Below are positions 12,395 through 23,790 of a stretch of 64,000 nt of DNA, in pieces. Source of the stretch: Ylistrum balloti (taxonomy: Eukaryota); contig NW_026781918.1 of NCBI RefSeq assembly GCF_031769215.1, forward strand, positions 558,001 to 622,000. The letters run 5' to 3'. The translations under genes and the position numbers were made by a program. Every line of letters starts with the position of its first letter. The first letter of the stretch is position 1. The notes beneath the pieces are model-generated. The model saw only the letters and a list, made by a program, of their open reading frames with translations. It was not told where the DNA came from and did no database searches.

Positions 12395-12487
12395 GACCAA
12401 GTAGCTCAATTGGTAGATTATCGGTTTGAAGTTTGGAGGGTCCCAAGTTTGACCTATACATGGCTGTTTTTTCCCACTCACATTACA
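12395..12487 (+). mobile_element. tRNA-derived SINE fragment (intronic)
   Basis: GTAGCTCAATTGGTAGA (A-box)...GAGGGTCCCAAGTTTGACC (degenerate B-box), followed by a TTTTTTCCC..TTACA tail. Confidence 0.55.
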
Positions 12488-12528
12488 GTTGTTTTATAAT
12501 TTGTAACATGATGTTCTGTTTGTTTCAG

Positions 12529-14798
12529 GAAACAACAACTTTGAGATAGTTGGTGACTGGTCACAAATGACTTTTGTCCATAGTATGCTCGAAAATACTA
12601 TGGCTATATATGGTGCTGTTGCCATGGTATCCAGTGCTTATCCACCGGCTAAGGACCTAAAGATAGCTCACAACAAACGCATGACTCCTGACACCAATGA
12701 TCCAATTGTGCGGGATGGTCACGGCGGAATGCGTGACCAAACCGACATGGGGGATAATTCTTACACATCAGGGAACCAAGCTAACCGTTACTATGACTCC
12801 AGAGTTGGGCCTTACCCAGCAGGCAATAATGGTGATCGTTTCTTTGACAGTAGAGGCAGCCATTATACACCAAGCACAACAGGAAATAGGACTTTTGACA
12901 ATCGGGGTTGGTATTTTTACCCTGGTAATATGACGGACAGAGTACATGATCCAAGGGCAGCGTCATACATGCCAACAAATAATGGAGATAAGTTTTATGA
13001 TTCCAGAAGTGGTCCTTACACACATGGGTACAGTGCAGAAAGGCATTATGACCCAAGAATGGGACCATACACACAAAACAACATGATGGATAGACACTTT
13101 GACAACAGAGAAAGATCTTACACACCAGGTAATATAGCAGATAGACCATATAATTCAAATATAGGACTGCAATCCACTAATATGAATGATAAAAATCCAT
13201 TGAATGTGACAAATAGCTTAGAGCTGCCTCCACTTGCTGCTAGTTCTACACCAACAGGTGGAAGTATAGAAGGGACAATCAATAGATTGGAATCAACAGC
13301 TAACATTGCAGCAGGAAGTCTCACTCAACAAGGGGAGGCAACTCAGGCAAGTCATGGATTTTCAGGAAAACAATTAGAGACAAATATATTGAGCCAGATA
13401 AGTGGGGTTCAGGAAGACTCTGACCATCACAGAACATCTTCTGCAGATCTTGTAGTTACTGAAAAAGAGGTGGCACAGACAGAAGTGAAAGTAGAAGAGG
13501 AACAAGAAGAAGGAGTAGCAAAGAAATCTTTGGAAGCTCATCACGATGAAAGGCATGAAAGAACATCAGAATCAGCTAAGGAACCAATCATTGAATCTCA
13601 GGAAACAAGTGATGCACAAAATAAGAATGACAGAGATGATGAAGATGAAGAGGCAAATGATGAAGTTGATCAGTCTCACTATGCTGATCCAGACTACCAT
13701 TTAGATTCTGACACAGAACACTCTGAAGGTGTTGAGAATTTCGATTCTGAGGGGTCAAAAGATAGTATAGCCTCTGTGAAGGTGAAAAAAAGGAAATACA
13801 AGAAGAGGAGGGTCGAAAGGCCACCAAAACGATATACCAAAAAGAAAAAAGGTAAAAAGGCTTTATCTAAAGAAACACCTGTTGAGGGCAAGAGAAAGCG
13901 TGGTCGTCCGAGAAAGAACACAGGCCCCGATAGTAATATAAAGTGTCCTGACTGTGATTTCATAGCAAAGGATAGAAAAAGCTTGTACGCTCATAATCGA
14001 AGGGCTCACCTGAATGTTGCAACTAACTGCAATATCTGTGGGAAGTTATATCCCAGTCTTTTTGATATGAAACGACATCGTATATTGATTCATAATCCCC
14101 CAAAGTATTGTTGTGATATCTGTGGAAAGCGTTATAAAGTCAATACAAGTTTAAAACTTCATGTAAAATCGCATGAACCAAACTATGTAAAACCTGTATA
14201 CCCTTGCTCATCCTGTGATAAGTCGTTTGCTAACCCCAGTCTTCTCCGAACACACACTCGACGTAAACATGAACCTGAGTCTGAGTTTGAACGGGAGGTG
14301 AGAGAGGTGAAGCACTTCTGTTATATCTGCCATAAAACATTTTCCTCCAAAGCAGCATTACAAGAACACACCAAAATTATCCATATGAGAATCTACGACC
14401 ACCAGTGTGATCAGTGTGGTAAGGTGTTTGGATATGAGAAATCTCTAGCTACACACAAACTCATCCACTCCTCAGCAAAGAACTTTGTATGCAAAATCTG
14501 TGGAAAAGCTTTCAAGCAGAAATCTTGCATGACTATCCACCAAGCTATCCACATGGAGAAGAAGTTCCTTTGTGGACACTGTGGGCGTGGTTTTACTCAG
14601 CGGCAATCACTTCGACGCCATGAAATCATACACCGTGGAGAGAAACCATACTCGTGTAAGCTTTGTGGTCAGGCCTTTAATTCTATATCCACCATACGTC
14701 GTCATGTCATCCTTGTACACAAGCTTCAAAAAGATTCTAGTGTGTGGCGCGAGGATATAAATGTGGACACAGAACTTCTTGCCAGTATCAAGACGTAA
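12529..14798 (+). CDS. C2H2 zinc-finger protein A, coding exon 2 (799 aa total; 17-aa repeats, acidic region, AT-hook, 9 C2H2 fingers)
   Basis: Acceptor tttgtttcAG at 12527-12528, in frame with the 743-aa ORF 12567-14798. Nine C-x2-C...H-x3/4-H fingers at 13944-14720, including an HRGEKPY linker. AT-hook KRKRGRPRK at 13890-13916. Confidence 0.93.
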
Positions 14799-16119
14799 CC
14801 TAAAATTTAATCTCTGCTTGAGTATATAGCTAACATTATGTGGACAATTTTCATTAGCCTCTGTAGTGCGATATGGGCTACTTTACAAATGTGTACACTA
14901 ATTTTCCTTTGATGGGAATTAATATACATAGGTGTAAACACAAACACTTGTATATGTCGAGAATGTAAGCCACCAAAGTAACAATATACAGACCACTCTA
15001 CATCACACCATGATAGAGGTCTGTAGATTTTTACTTCGGTCATCTTCATTTCAATATGTACAGTGCACATCAATTGTCATTACTGTATTTATCCGACAAT
15101 AAGCCCAATATGCTTTGTATTATGATGAAACATTTATATATTGCTGCTAGTTAATTTGCTAACCAATGTTATTTTTTTTATCTTGTAATAAGTTCACTCC
15201 CAACTTTGTGTCATAAGTAATGTTTCGATCCCTTTGGGCTTATTACACGAAAAATACATTACAGGAATTAGATTCAATATTTTAACAAATCTGGTACCTT
15301 TTGTATGCCTGATTTAAATTAATTTCATTATTGAATTCAACTAAGTCGTCCTAGTTCTGTGGTAAAAACTCATGCCACCTTTTCCGCATGTACCAGTATT
15401 GAAATTAAAGTCTTATCTAGCTCTGTTTTTGAGAAAAGATATTTTGACTACTTTGGTATTTGTGAATTAATTGTTAATTCTATGCAATTAACATATTGTG
15501 TACATCTGATTTATTATTTTGTTATTTGTTGTTCTATTTGTTTGTGTTTAGCACTCTTGATTTACAGATAAGAGAAAACTTGTAACCTACATGTAAAACT
15601 ATAATATTTCAATAATTTTTAAGGTCACATGTTGAATTCTGACCTCGCAATGGCTTGATTATGCATATTATAACAATTTCTTCATCTACATATATTCATC
15701 ACATAATTGGCCTTTTATCCAGCAAATTCAGCCATGTTATATTTTTGCATGTGTTAATTACCAGTGTAATATACACTGGATTATTTGTCATTGACTGCAC
15801 CCGTCAGAAATTGATTGAAATTTCATAAGTTGGACTATGAGATTATGTTATGAATTGAAAGTGGTGCAACAAAATGTCTACCTCCCTTTGATTTTTGTCC
15901 TTCATATTTTGACCTCAAAACCTGTCAAAATGGAACTTTTCTGATTTTTTTTGTGATAAGAATTATCTTAAATTTGTTGTCATTTAATATTGATTTTTTT
16001 ATGAAACTTTTCTGAAAGTTTCCAGTTTTGCTCGCCAAGGTACACAATGATAAAACATTTCTATGACTTGTAGTACAAAATCTCATATTTAACATAGGTA
16101 TCAATTATCCTGCATTCTG

Positions 16120-16221
16120 CGGGGTAGCTTCAGAAAATCACCAGCTTAAAGTCGTTATCTCCAATTTAGTACATCTCCCAATTGGGGTCAGATTTATGCT
16201 GGATTTCTGTAGCCACCCCTG
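16120..16221. mobile_element. ~100-bp MITE-like inverted-repeat element
   Basis: Left GGGGTAGCTTCAGAAAATCACCAGC and right GCTGGATTTCTGTAGCCACCCC are imperfect reverse complements flanking a ~50-bp core. Confidence 0.5.
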
Positions 16222-19094
16222 ATTTAACTCTGTAAAATCACAAATGTCCAAGTTGTGGTGTGTCTGACACCGATGCAGTATTGACACGGGTGATTAAAGA
16301 TCTCTATGTATGTAGCATCACAGTTGCTTACCAGTTGGGACAGTGCTGGTTTTTTATTTTAAGGAAGTTTGATGTTTGTAGTTCTTTCATTTGCTGCTGT
16401 AATAGCCATAATGCAGTTTCATTTTGTCTTGAGAAACAACTCTGTGGAATAGAGTGTCTTTTGTGGGAATGCATATGAAAATTGATTAAAAAAAAGGATT
16501 TTGATATCTTTTGAGAAAACCCCACGATATAACTTCTCAAGCAAATTTACCTTGATATACTCGAGTGTATAATTGTACCCATAATAACTGCCTCTACTAA
16601 GTTTTTAGAAGCCAGATCATAAGGCTCTTCAGCAAAACAACACACATATTTTGTATCTAAAATGATAATCCAAGATGAAATTTTGTTTTTAACATTTCCA
16701 TATCACATTTATTGACATATAATATTAATTTACATAGACCTATAAGATATTGTATGAAGTAAAAAACTTTACAAATGATTGAAATAGGATTCAGATGATT
16801 TTTGTCCTTTAATATTAAAAATATTCTGGTTTTTATTGAAACATCAGAACAAACCTTTCTCATTATACAACTGTAATAGATATACATTTCTTTTTATACA
16901 TCTATAATAATTGTAGGCATAGATTTTGATGTTTTCAGTTATTGTCTGTTTATTGTTGTATAGTTGTACATGTTGCAGTAGCCTCCTAGTTCTTACCAAT
17001 GTCACCAAGCATCACATTTGTTTCTTTATCACTGGTGACAATATATACTGGTACATGTATTTTAAGATCCTTTCTTGATTCTCAATCACTGTTGTGTCCC
17101 CGTAAATCAACAATGTAAGGAATGATGTATATGAAATGCAATAGACCAAAAGAAACCTATCTGTGATTTGACAGTTACTGTTTATTGATGATGAAAGTAT
17201 GAAAGAAATACAATAGTTGATTTGAAGGTTAAAAATCCATTAATGAGATATTAAGATATAGTATAAATAATTATAAATAAGGGTGTCTTTAGACTTGAAT
17301 AACCTTGTAGTATCTATACCTCACCCCAGAGAAAGATAACATCAATACATTCTTTGCTACATAAAGGGGTGCTTTTGGTATTAGGTAAAGTGATGACTGC
17401 ATCAGTATGGATGCTGTAAGGAGATTTTTGAATGGATACAGGTTACACATTTCTAGGTCCTTTTAATCATGTATTCATGCAGGTTTAACATCTGTAAATT
17501 AACTTATACAGACTTTTTCCCAAATTCTTTTATATGAAGCCTCCATTTATGGGTCTTGTATAATTAACTGTCCTATACTGTTAAGTATTACAATGTTACT
17601 CAATGTACTTACAAGTATGATACTGAACCATTAATTATAATTGGTGTGAATGTTGTTGTCAGCAAGTTGACAAAATGTTTATAAATGTTTGTTAATACTT
17701 ATATACATTATGAAAATGTAGCTGTACATCTTTATGTATTTTGTACATACATATGTGTATACGCTTTTGATAATCCAAGGTTTGGTTTGAAATAGACTAC
17801 ATAGCGTAACATGCATTTTATATAAAAAGTAGAACTGAGAAATAAAATCAATGAAGAAAACTCATTTCTGTGATTTTTTTTTTTTTTTCGTTTTACATAA
17901 AACAATACCATTTCAGCAATTTTGAAGCCAAAAGCACATAGTGAAGACCGTATTGTTAGCTTTTTGCCTTGATATCTTTTGGTTGTTATATATTAATATC
18001 TTTGTTAGAGATGGAAGTTCCAGTTAGCCCATTAGTTAAATGCTACAAGTCCAGTAGTAATCAAAGTAATATGGATAGTTAAGCTTTAAGGAAATTAGCA
18101 CTGTTTTGACAAATGTGACCCATATTTTGACATTGAAGATATGTCACAAAAACCTATATTTTCTCTGTCACAGATTAAGTTAGAATTTTAGTTCAATTTT
18201 TTGGCTTATACTTAGCTTTTTGAATGGTGAAAAGATTTGCTCTATTTGGAACATCCACCCTGGAGTAGAAACATAGAGATCCTCACTCCATTTGAATGGA
18301 TTGCACAAGCCGATATACAAATACGTTATACATGCCTATAGGATAAGCCCTGATGGAGACATGCTCAGTAGGTCATGACTGAACTTCATCCTATTATACA
18401 GTTTCGGGGCAGAGTATTACTATTACTTCCACACTGAACTATGCAAAGGGTAGAAATGCATACATGTACTCTCACTTGCATGGATTTGGACTTATCTCCT
18501 TGATCGAAGGTTGGATGGAATATTGTAATTCTGATGTATGTACACCATTCCATTCAGTTCGTCAGCATACATGTGGACTATAATGAAAATTCAAGTGGAC
18601 CAATCAAACCTTTTTTAATGGAAGTGCTTGCTTTGTATTGCTTTGGAGGTTATAAGGTCAAATGTCAAAGCCACGAACTTTAAATGGAAAATTGGTACAA
18701 ATTACCATTTGCTAATTTGAGATTGCTTTTCAAGTTAAAATGTAATATAGGTCAAGGTTACAAATTGGAAAATTCATTTTGACTCTATAACTTGAGTTTT
18801 ACTGACTAACTTAAAGAATTATGAGGCTTTGGTATTTATTTGACATTCTTTGAGTTTTTTTGTTGATGACAAAATTATTTTAAAATTGCGGTTCATTCTT
18901 CCTTAATTAATATGGACTAGAGTAACCTCCCTTTTAATGGAAATCTCAGGAAAAGAGGAAGAAAACAAACAAAATGGTCGTGAGGTACACACAAAACAGA
19001 TTGTTTTCGTTATATAGATATGTAGTCACCATTATATAGTGTAGTGTATAGTTTGGGGTCTTTGAATTCAGGAAGAGTACCCTGTAGTACCGTT

Positions 19095-21512
19095 ATGACA
19101 CTTATTTTCTCTAAAGTTCGAGCAGATGTTGCTAAAGATTTTGTATTGAGATTTCCCGAACATTTTGATTTTACCGGCATGTTGTGTCGTATCGGTGAGG
19201 ATTTTGGTGTCAGTGTGATAAAAGGATCCGGTTTTTATCGTTTGGAGGGTCAGTGGTTACCGATAGGCCAAATTCATGAAGCATTGACCAAAACACTTGC
19301 TATGTATGAGGCGTCGGGAACGATACGAGCTGACAATACCACGGAACGATGTAATGCCAAAAACTCCAGAATTACGGATTCGCCCACTTCACGGATTGAG
19401 TTGAATACCAAAGTTGAGTCACAGTTGGAATCAGATGCAAAGACGGACAAGGGACCCGATGTGAATGTTAAGGATATGGACCGTGATGATGATTGTGGCG
19501 ATGAAAATCACAAATTTAACTCGCTGAAAAACACCATATCTGACATTTACACATCACTTGTCACAGAGGGGGAAGGCATCACCACTAATCATCACAATAA
19601 TGCCCAAAATGACGTTCAAAAGATGAAAGACATAGTTGTATTGGAAGAAGATAAACATTTACCACTAGTGAAGAAAAATCTTACGTTCATTGAAAGTTGC
19701 CGGGTTAATAGTTTCAATGACAAATTCGCACTTTCAACATTAAAAATAAATAATTGCTGTACAACTAGCAATAAATCTTTATCTGGAGAGAAAAACTGTG
19801 ATAAAATTTCATCTGTGTCTTCAAAACAGAGAGAAATAGTGGAACAACCTGACAAAACGTCAGTTTCAATTAAAAAGTGTTATAAACGAATCAAAATGGA
19901 TAAATGTGAAGCTGATAGGCACGGAAATTTGGTAGACAATCTTGGATCACAAGAAGAATTGAGATATCAATGTGTAGAATGTAACTTTACCCACAAAAAT
20001 CATACTGCTGTAAGACAACACTTTTCACGTATGCATCGAGTGGAGCCAACCAAATGTAATGTCTGCCAAAAACTCTTCCCAAGTAAGAGATATGCTAAGC
20101 GACACTGTCGTTTGGTACACAGGGACTCACAATACTGCTGTGATGTCTGTGGTAAGACATACAAGTTTCTGCAAACTCTTGAAGGCCATTTGAAATCTCA
20201 CAGAGTTGGCTATGTTAAACCTGACTTTCCTTGTCATATGTGTGAAAAGATATTCTCTTCTAATCATGTTCTAAAATGTCACATGAAGTCTATACACTTT
20301 GGAGAAAATCGTACATATTTGTGTCCAGTGTGTGGCAAATGTTTTACCACGAAACACTCTCTGAATATGCACCAGAATGTCCATTCAGGAAGTCGTCCTT
20401 TTACTTGTAAAATTTGTGGAAAATCTTTTACATATGACTCGGCTCTCAGAGATCACAAATTGATTCATTCAGGTAAAAAAAACTTTGAGTGTAAAATTTG
20501 CAATAAAGCATTTCAGCAAAGATCTGGATTACAAATGCATGCAAAGATTCATGACGAGAAGAAGGCCTTTGAGTGTAAAGATTGTGGACGTGCTTTTATA
20601 CAGAAACAGTCTCTGCAGAGACACGAGCGATCACATAAAGGGGAAAAGCCATTCTCCTGTAAAGTGTGTGGCCGATTCTTTGGTGATTCAGGAATCATTC
20701 GTCGTCATTTGATAATGGTACATAAAATCAATAAAGATGCCAAATCTTGGAGGGAAGATATTGTTGAGAAGGGTCGAAAAGACCCTGAAGAAGAAAGTCA
20801 GAGAATCACCAAGGAGAATGGCATTGGTGCAGATTTAATTGAAAATTTTGAGCAGAGCAAGAAAAAATCACATGAACCAGAAAAACGTAAGACTATTGAA
20901 CATGTAGACACTGAAACTAATCAATCAAGCATTCCTTGCCCAAAATATCAGGAAGATGGTGGTACAACTGTGCAACCTCAAGGTGACTCGGATAATCTCG
21001 AGACATTCACCACATCTCCAACACATGAGTCCCCATCTCCAAACTTACTACAGGGGACAGATGAGCCAAGATATCTCTCTGATCCCCAATCATTTATCAC
21101 CAATGACTATAGTCGCACTTTGCCTCTCCCCTCACAACTATATCCCCATGGTACTAGTTTGGGAGTAGAGGCAACACCTAACAATGGTTTTCACCATCCA
21201 CACTACCTAAACCCTCCACTCTCCAGTCACGTGGACACTAGTAGGTACCACTTTCCCATGACTTGCTCTCAGCATGCTATTAGTATGGTGTCAGATGCCC
21301 GCTACACAATGACTCAGATGGAACCTCCCAGTCTTAATCTGCCGCAGGTAGACAGTGTTTTGAATAAACATTTACATGATATGGAACCTCCTGAAAACTT
21401 GTCCATATCATCCCTCTATGCCTACTACACAAATCTAGCATCACAATATCTCAGTGTTTCCCAATGCCAAGGCTATAGTGGAGAAAATCACATTACCACT
21501 GACCAGGAGTAA
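19095..21512 (+). CDS. C2H2 zinc-finger protein B (805 aa, single coding exon, 9 C2H2 fingers), paralogue of ZNF-A
   Basis: Long open frame; the ATG at 19095 aligns with the ZNF-A start. Nine fingers at 19971-20723 with HSGSRPF, HSGKKNF and HKGEKPF linkers. P/S/H/T-rich C-terminal tail of ~250 aa. Confidence 0.92.
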   Translation: MTLIFSKVRADVAKDFVLRFPEHFDFTGMLCRIGEDFGVSVIKGSGFYRLEGQWLPIGQIHEALTKTLAMYEASGTIRADNTTERCNAKNSRITDSPTSRIELNTKVESQLESDAKTDKGPDVNVKDMDRDDDCGDENHKFNSLKNTISDIYTSLVTEGEGITTNHHNNAQNDVQKMKDIVVLEEDKHLPLVKKNLTFIESCRVNSFNDKFALSTLKINNCCTTSNKSLSGEKNCDKISSVSSKQREIVEQPDKTSVSIKKCYKRIKMDKCEADRHGNLVDNLGSQEELRYQCVECNFTHKNHTAVRQHFSRMHRVEPTKCNVCQKLFPSKRYAKRHCRLVHRDSQYCCDVCGKTYKFLQTLEGHLKSHRVGYVKPDFPCHMCEKIFSSNHVLKCHMKSIHFGENRTYLCPVCGKCFTTKHSLNMHQNVHSGSRPFTCKICGKSFTYDSALRDHKLIHSGKKNFECKICNKAFQQRSGLQMHAKIHDEKKAFECKDCGRAFIQKQSLQRHERSHKGEKPFSCKVCGRFFGDSGIIRRHLIMVHKINKDAKSWREDIVEKGRKDPEEESQRITKENGIGADLIENFEQSKKKSHEPEKRKTIEHVDTETNQSSIPCPKYQEDGGTTVQPQGDSDNLETFTTSPTHESPSPNLLQGTDEPRYLSDPQSFITNDYSRTLPLPSQLYPHGTSLGVEATPNNGFHHPHYLNPPLSSHVDTSRYHFPMTCSQHAISMVSDARYTMTQMEPPSLNLPQVDSVLNKHLHDMEPPENLSISSLYAYYTNLASQYLSVSQCQGYSGENHITTDQE

Positions 21513-21824
21513 ATGGATCACATTCCAATACTCTGATCAGATATGTCTGAGTAATGAGCTATGTCATCATCCACTCACTCCAGTCATAAGACATGTCATC
21601 TTAAGGCATCACACTGATTATCCTCCATTAAACCTACCTTAATATGATAAGTAATAAAATCCTTACAGAATTCAACTTCAAATGTAATAGATTTTGCTGA
21701 GCTACATGTAGCCAGTGAGTCATATAAGACAAAAGGCATACAAGTATTTATCAAAACCACCGACAATTGACAGACAACATACATTTATTAATATTATGAC
21801 TTTTAATAAAATTTGTAAAACTGA

Positions 21825-22352
21825 TATCAACACAGCCCAAGAATTATATCTCGAGTTAAGAGATCAAGTTGTATTGAGGAAGTCACAACACATTAGTATT
21901 GACCAAGGACAAAGGGGTCACATTAGATTTGTGTGTCATACCACATCAACACAGCCCAAGAGCTAAAGGATCACGTTTAGTTGCAGAGTTTCACCCAATC
22001 AACCAAGTTAATTGAACTAAGGGGTCGCATTGAATTGTGGAGTCGAAAAGGGGTCAAGCCACATCAACACAGTCCATGAACTAAGGGGTCACACGGAATA
22101 AAGGGGTCAAGCTACATCAACACAATCCATGAACTAAGGGGTCACACTGAATAAAGGGGTCAAGCCACATCAACACAGTCCATGAACTAAGGGGTCACAC
22201 TGAATTAAGGGGTCACGCCACATCAACACATTCCATGAACTAAGGGGTCACACTGAATAAAGGGGTCACGCCACATCAGCACAGTCCATGAACTAAAGGG
22301 TCACACTGAATTAAGGGGTCACGCCATACCAACATTGTCCATGAACTAAGGG
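21825..22352. repeat. 53-bp minisatellite (~6 units, 22048-22352) with degenerate ~59-bp units upstream
   Basis: ACATCAACAC-type motif at 22061, 22114, 22167, 22220, 22273 and 22326; diverged copies at 21825 and 21943. Confidence 0.9.
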
Positions 22353-23387
22353 ATAGCATTGAAATGAGGCATTGCACCACAACACTGACCAAGAATTAAT
22401 TAGTTACCTTAAGTTATAGAGTCAACCACATCACACCGGATTCGGAAACAGATGTAACGGTATGTATGTATACATACAAATTGATGATTGTTGATTTTCA
22501 ATTATGTTTTATAGTAAATCTTACAATATTAAATAATGACTTTAGTTGGTCTTCTTTACTTTCGATGCTCAGCAATGAGGAAAGCTGATTAACTTGTTCT
22601 GATACAAACCATCCATCTACCAACATCAATTCCTATCGCGCAAAATGCATATATAGTTTGATAAAAAGAGAAATATCTTCTAACCACTGTGGTAATACAG
22701 ATTGCAATCTCTTCGAGTAAAATTTAGCTTACAGATTATTGGGAAGAGTTGTCTACCCTTTAGCTGGTGGCATTTGTTCGGTAATTATAAGTTTATAATC
22801 AGCGAGAATCGTGCGAGAAATGTTCATATTACTGAAAAAATAAGTATCGGCGTCAGCGTCGGATTGCATTTAATTAAGTGATAAACACCATGGTTCAAGT
22901 GAGATTTCGACTGTTTGTATAATGAAAATATGTTTCCAGATTTGTTGAATTTGACAAAAAAAAAAAAAAAAAAAATCCAGAAGGTATTCACCGAGAGAGT
23001 TGTCGGAGTGGTTGTTTACCAATAAACCACAGGAATCTGAATGCTTTTAAATAACATTATCCCCGGTAACAATACATTATTTACGTGTTTCAATCTATTT
23101 TCGTCTTTGTTCTTTTGTTTTGTAAGAGAGTATATAACCATATACTTCGTTAGTACTTTGATGCACGTTTTATCGGTAAATGCGAGGTGTATTTGGAAAT
23201 TAATTAACTGAATTACAATGAACAGTGTATATGCTTTTTTGCAGAATTTGGACGGTAAACGGAATAACTCAAACAGGTTGAATTTCACAAGCACGCGATC
23301 AAATGAGTTGATCAATGAAATCCTTACATTAGTTTGTTTTAAATTGTGAGGACATTGAAGAGAAAATGTAAAAAGCCCATAATATAA

Positions 23388-23790
23388 CACTTGGGATCTG
23401 TCCTGTTTCAGTACACTCTTCCTCCATCCTCGATGTTCCCGGGGTTGCGGGCACTTCTGCACCATCGGAATGGACGAGAACATAATAAATGCCCTTGATA
23501 TCTGTCCGTTACAATACATTCGTCTTCCATCCTCGATGCTCCCGGGGTTGCGGTCACTTTCCCTCTCGCACTATCGTTATGGATGTGAACATATGGAATG
23601 CACGTGAGATCTGACCGTTACAGTACACCCGTCATCCATCCTCAGTACTCTGGGGTTTCAACCGCGTTCCCTCTCTATACCCTTGGGGTTGAAGAAAACG
23701 TATTGTACTCCCTCTATTACAGCACTTGGGATCTGTCCGTTTACAATATACTCGTTATCCATCCTCGATACTTGGGAGTTATGATAAATT
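23388..23790. repeat. Four degenerate ~105-120-bp direct repeats
   Basis: Core GATCTGTCCGTT(T)ACA(A/G)TACA.TCGTC.TCCATCCTCGAT recurs near 23394, 23497, 23606 and 23727. Confidence 0.8.

Noticed and set aside
12148-12487. Possible tRNA genes
   Set aside because: The A/B boxes are degenerate and neither copy folds into a cloverleaf with an acceptor stem; they are treated as SINE relics.
19044-19094. GTG start used by the ORF track for ZNF-B
   Set aside because: The ATG at 19095 aligns with the ZNF-A start Met, and an acceptor-like AG at 19070-19071 suggests the upstream bases are intron or UTR.
12697-21168. Short antisense and alternate-frame ORFs overlapping ZNF-A and ZNF-B
   Set aside because: They are shadows of the long coding frames with no recognisable protein features.
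21825-23790. CRISPR-like appearance of the repeat arrays
   Set aside because: The context is eukaryotic, the units are tandem or have related rather than unique spacers, and there are no cas genes.
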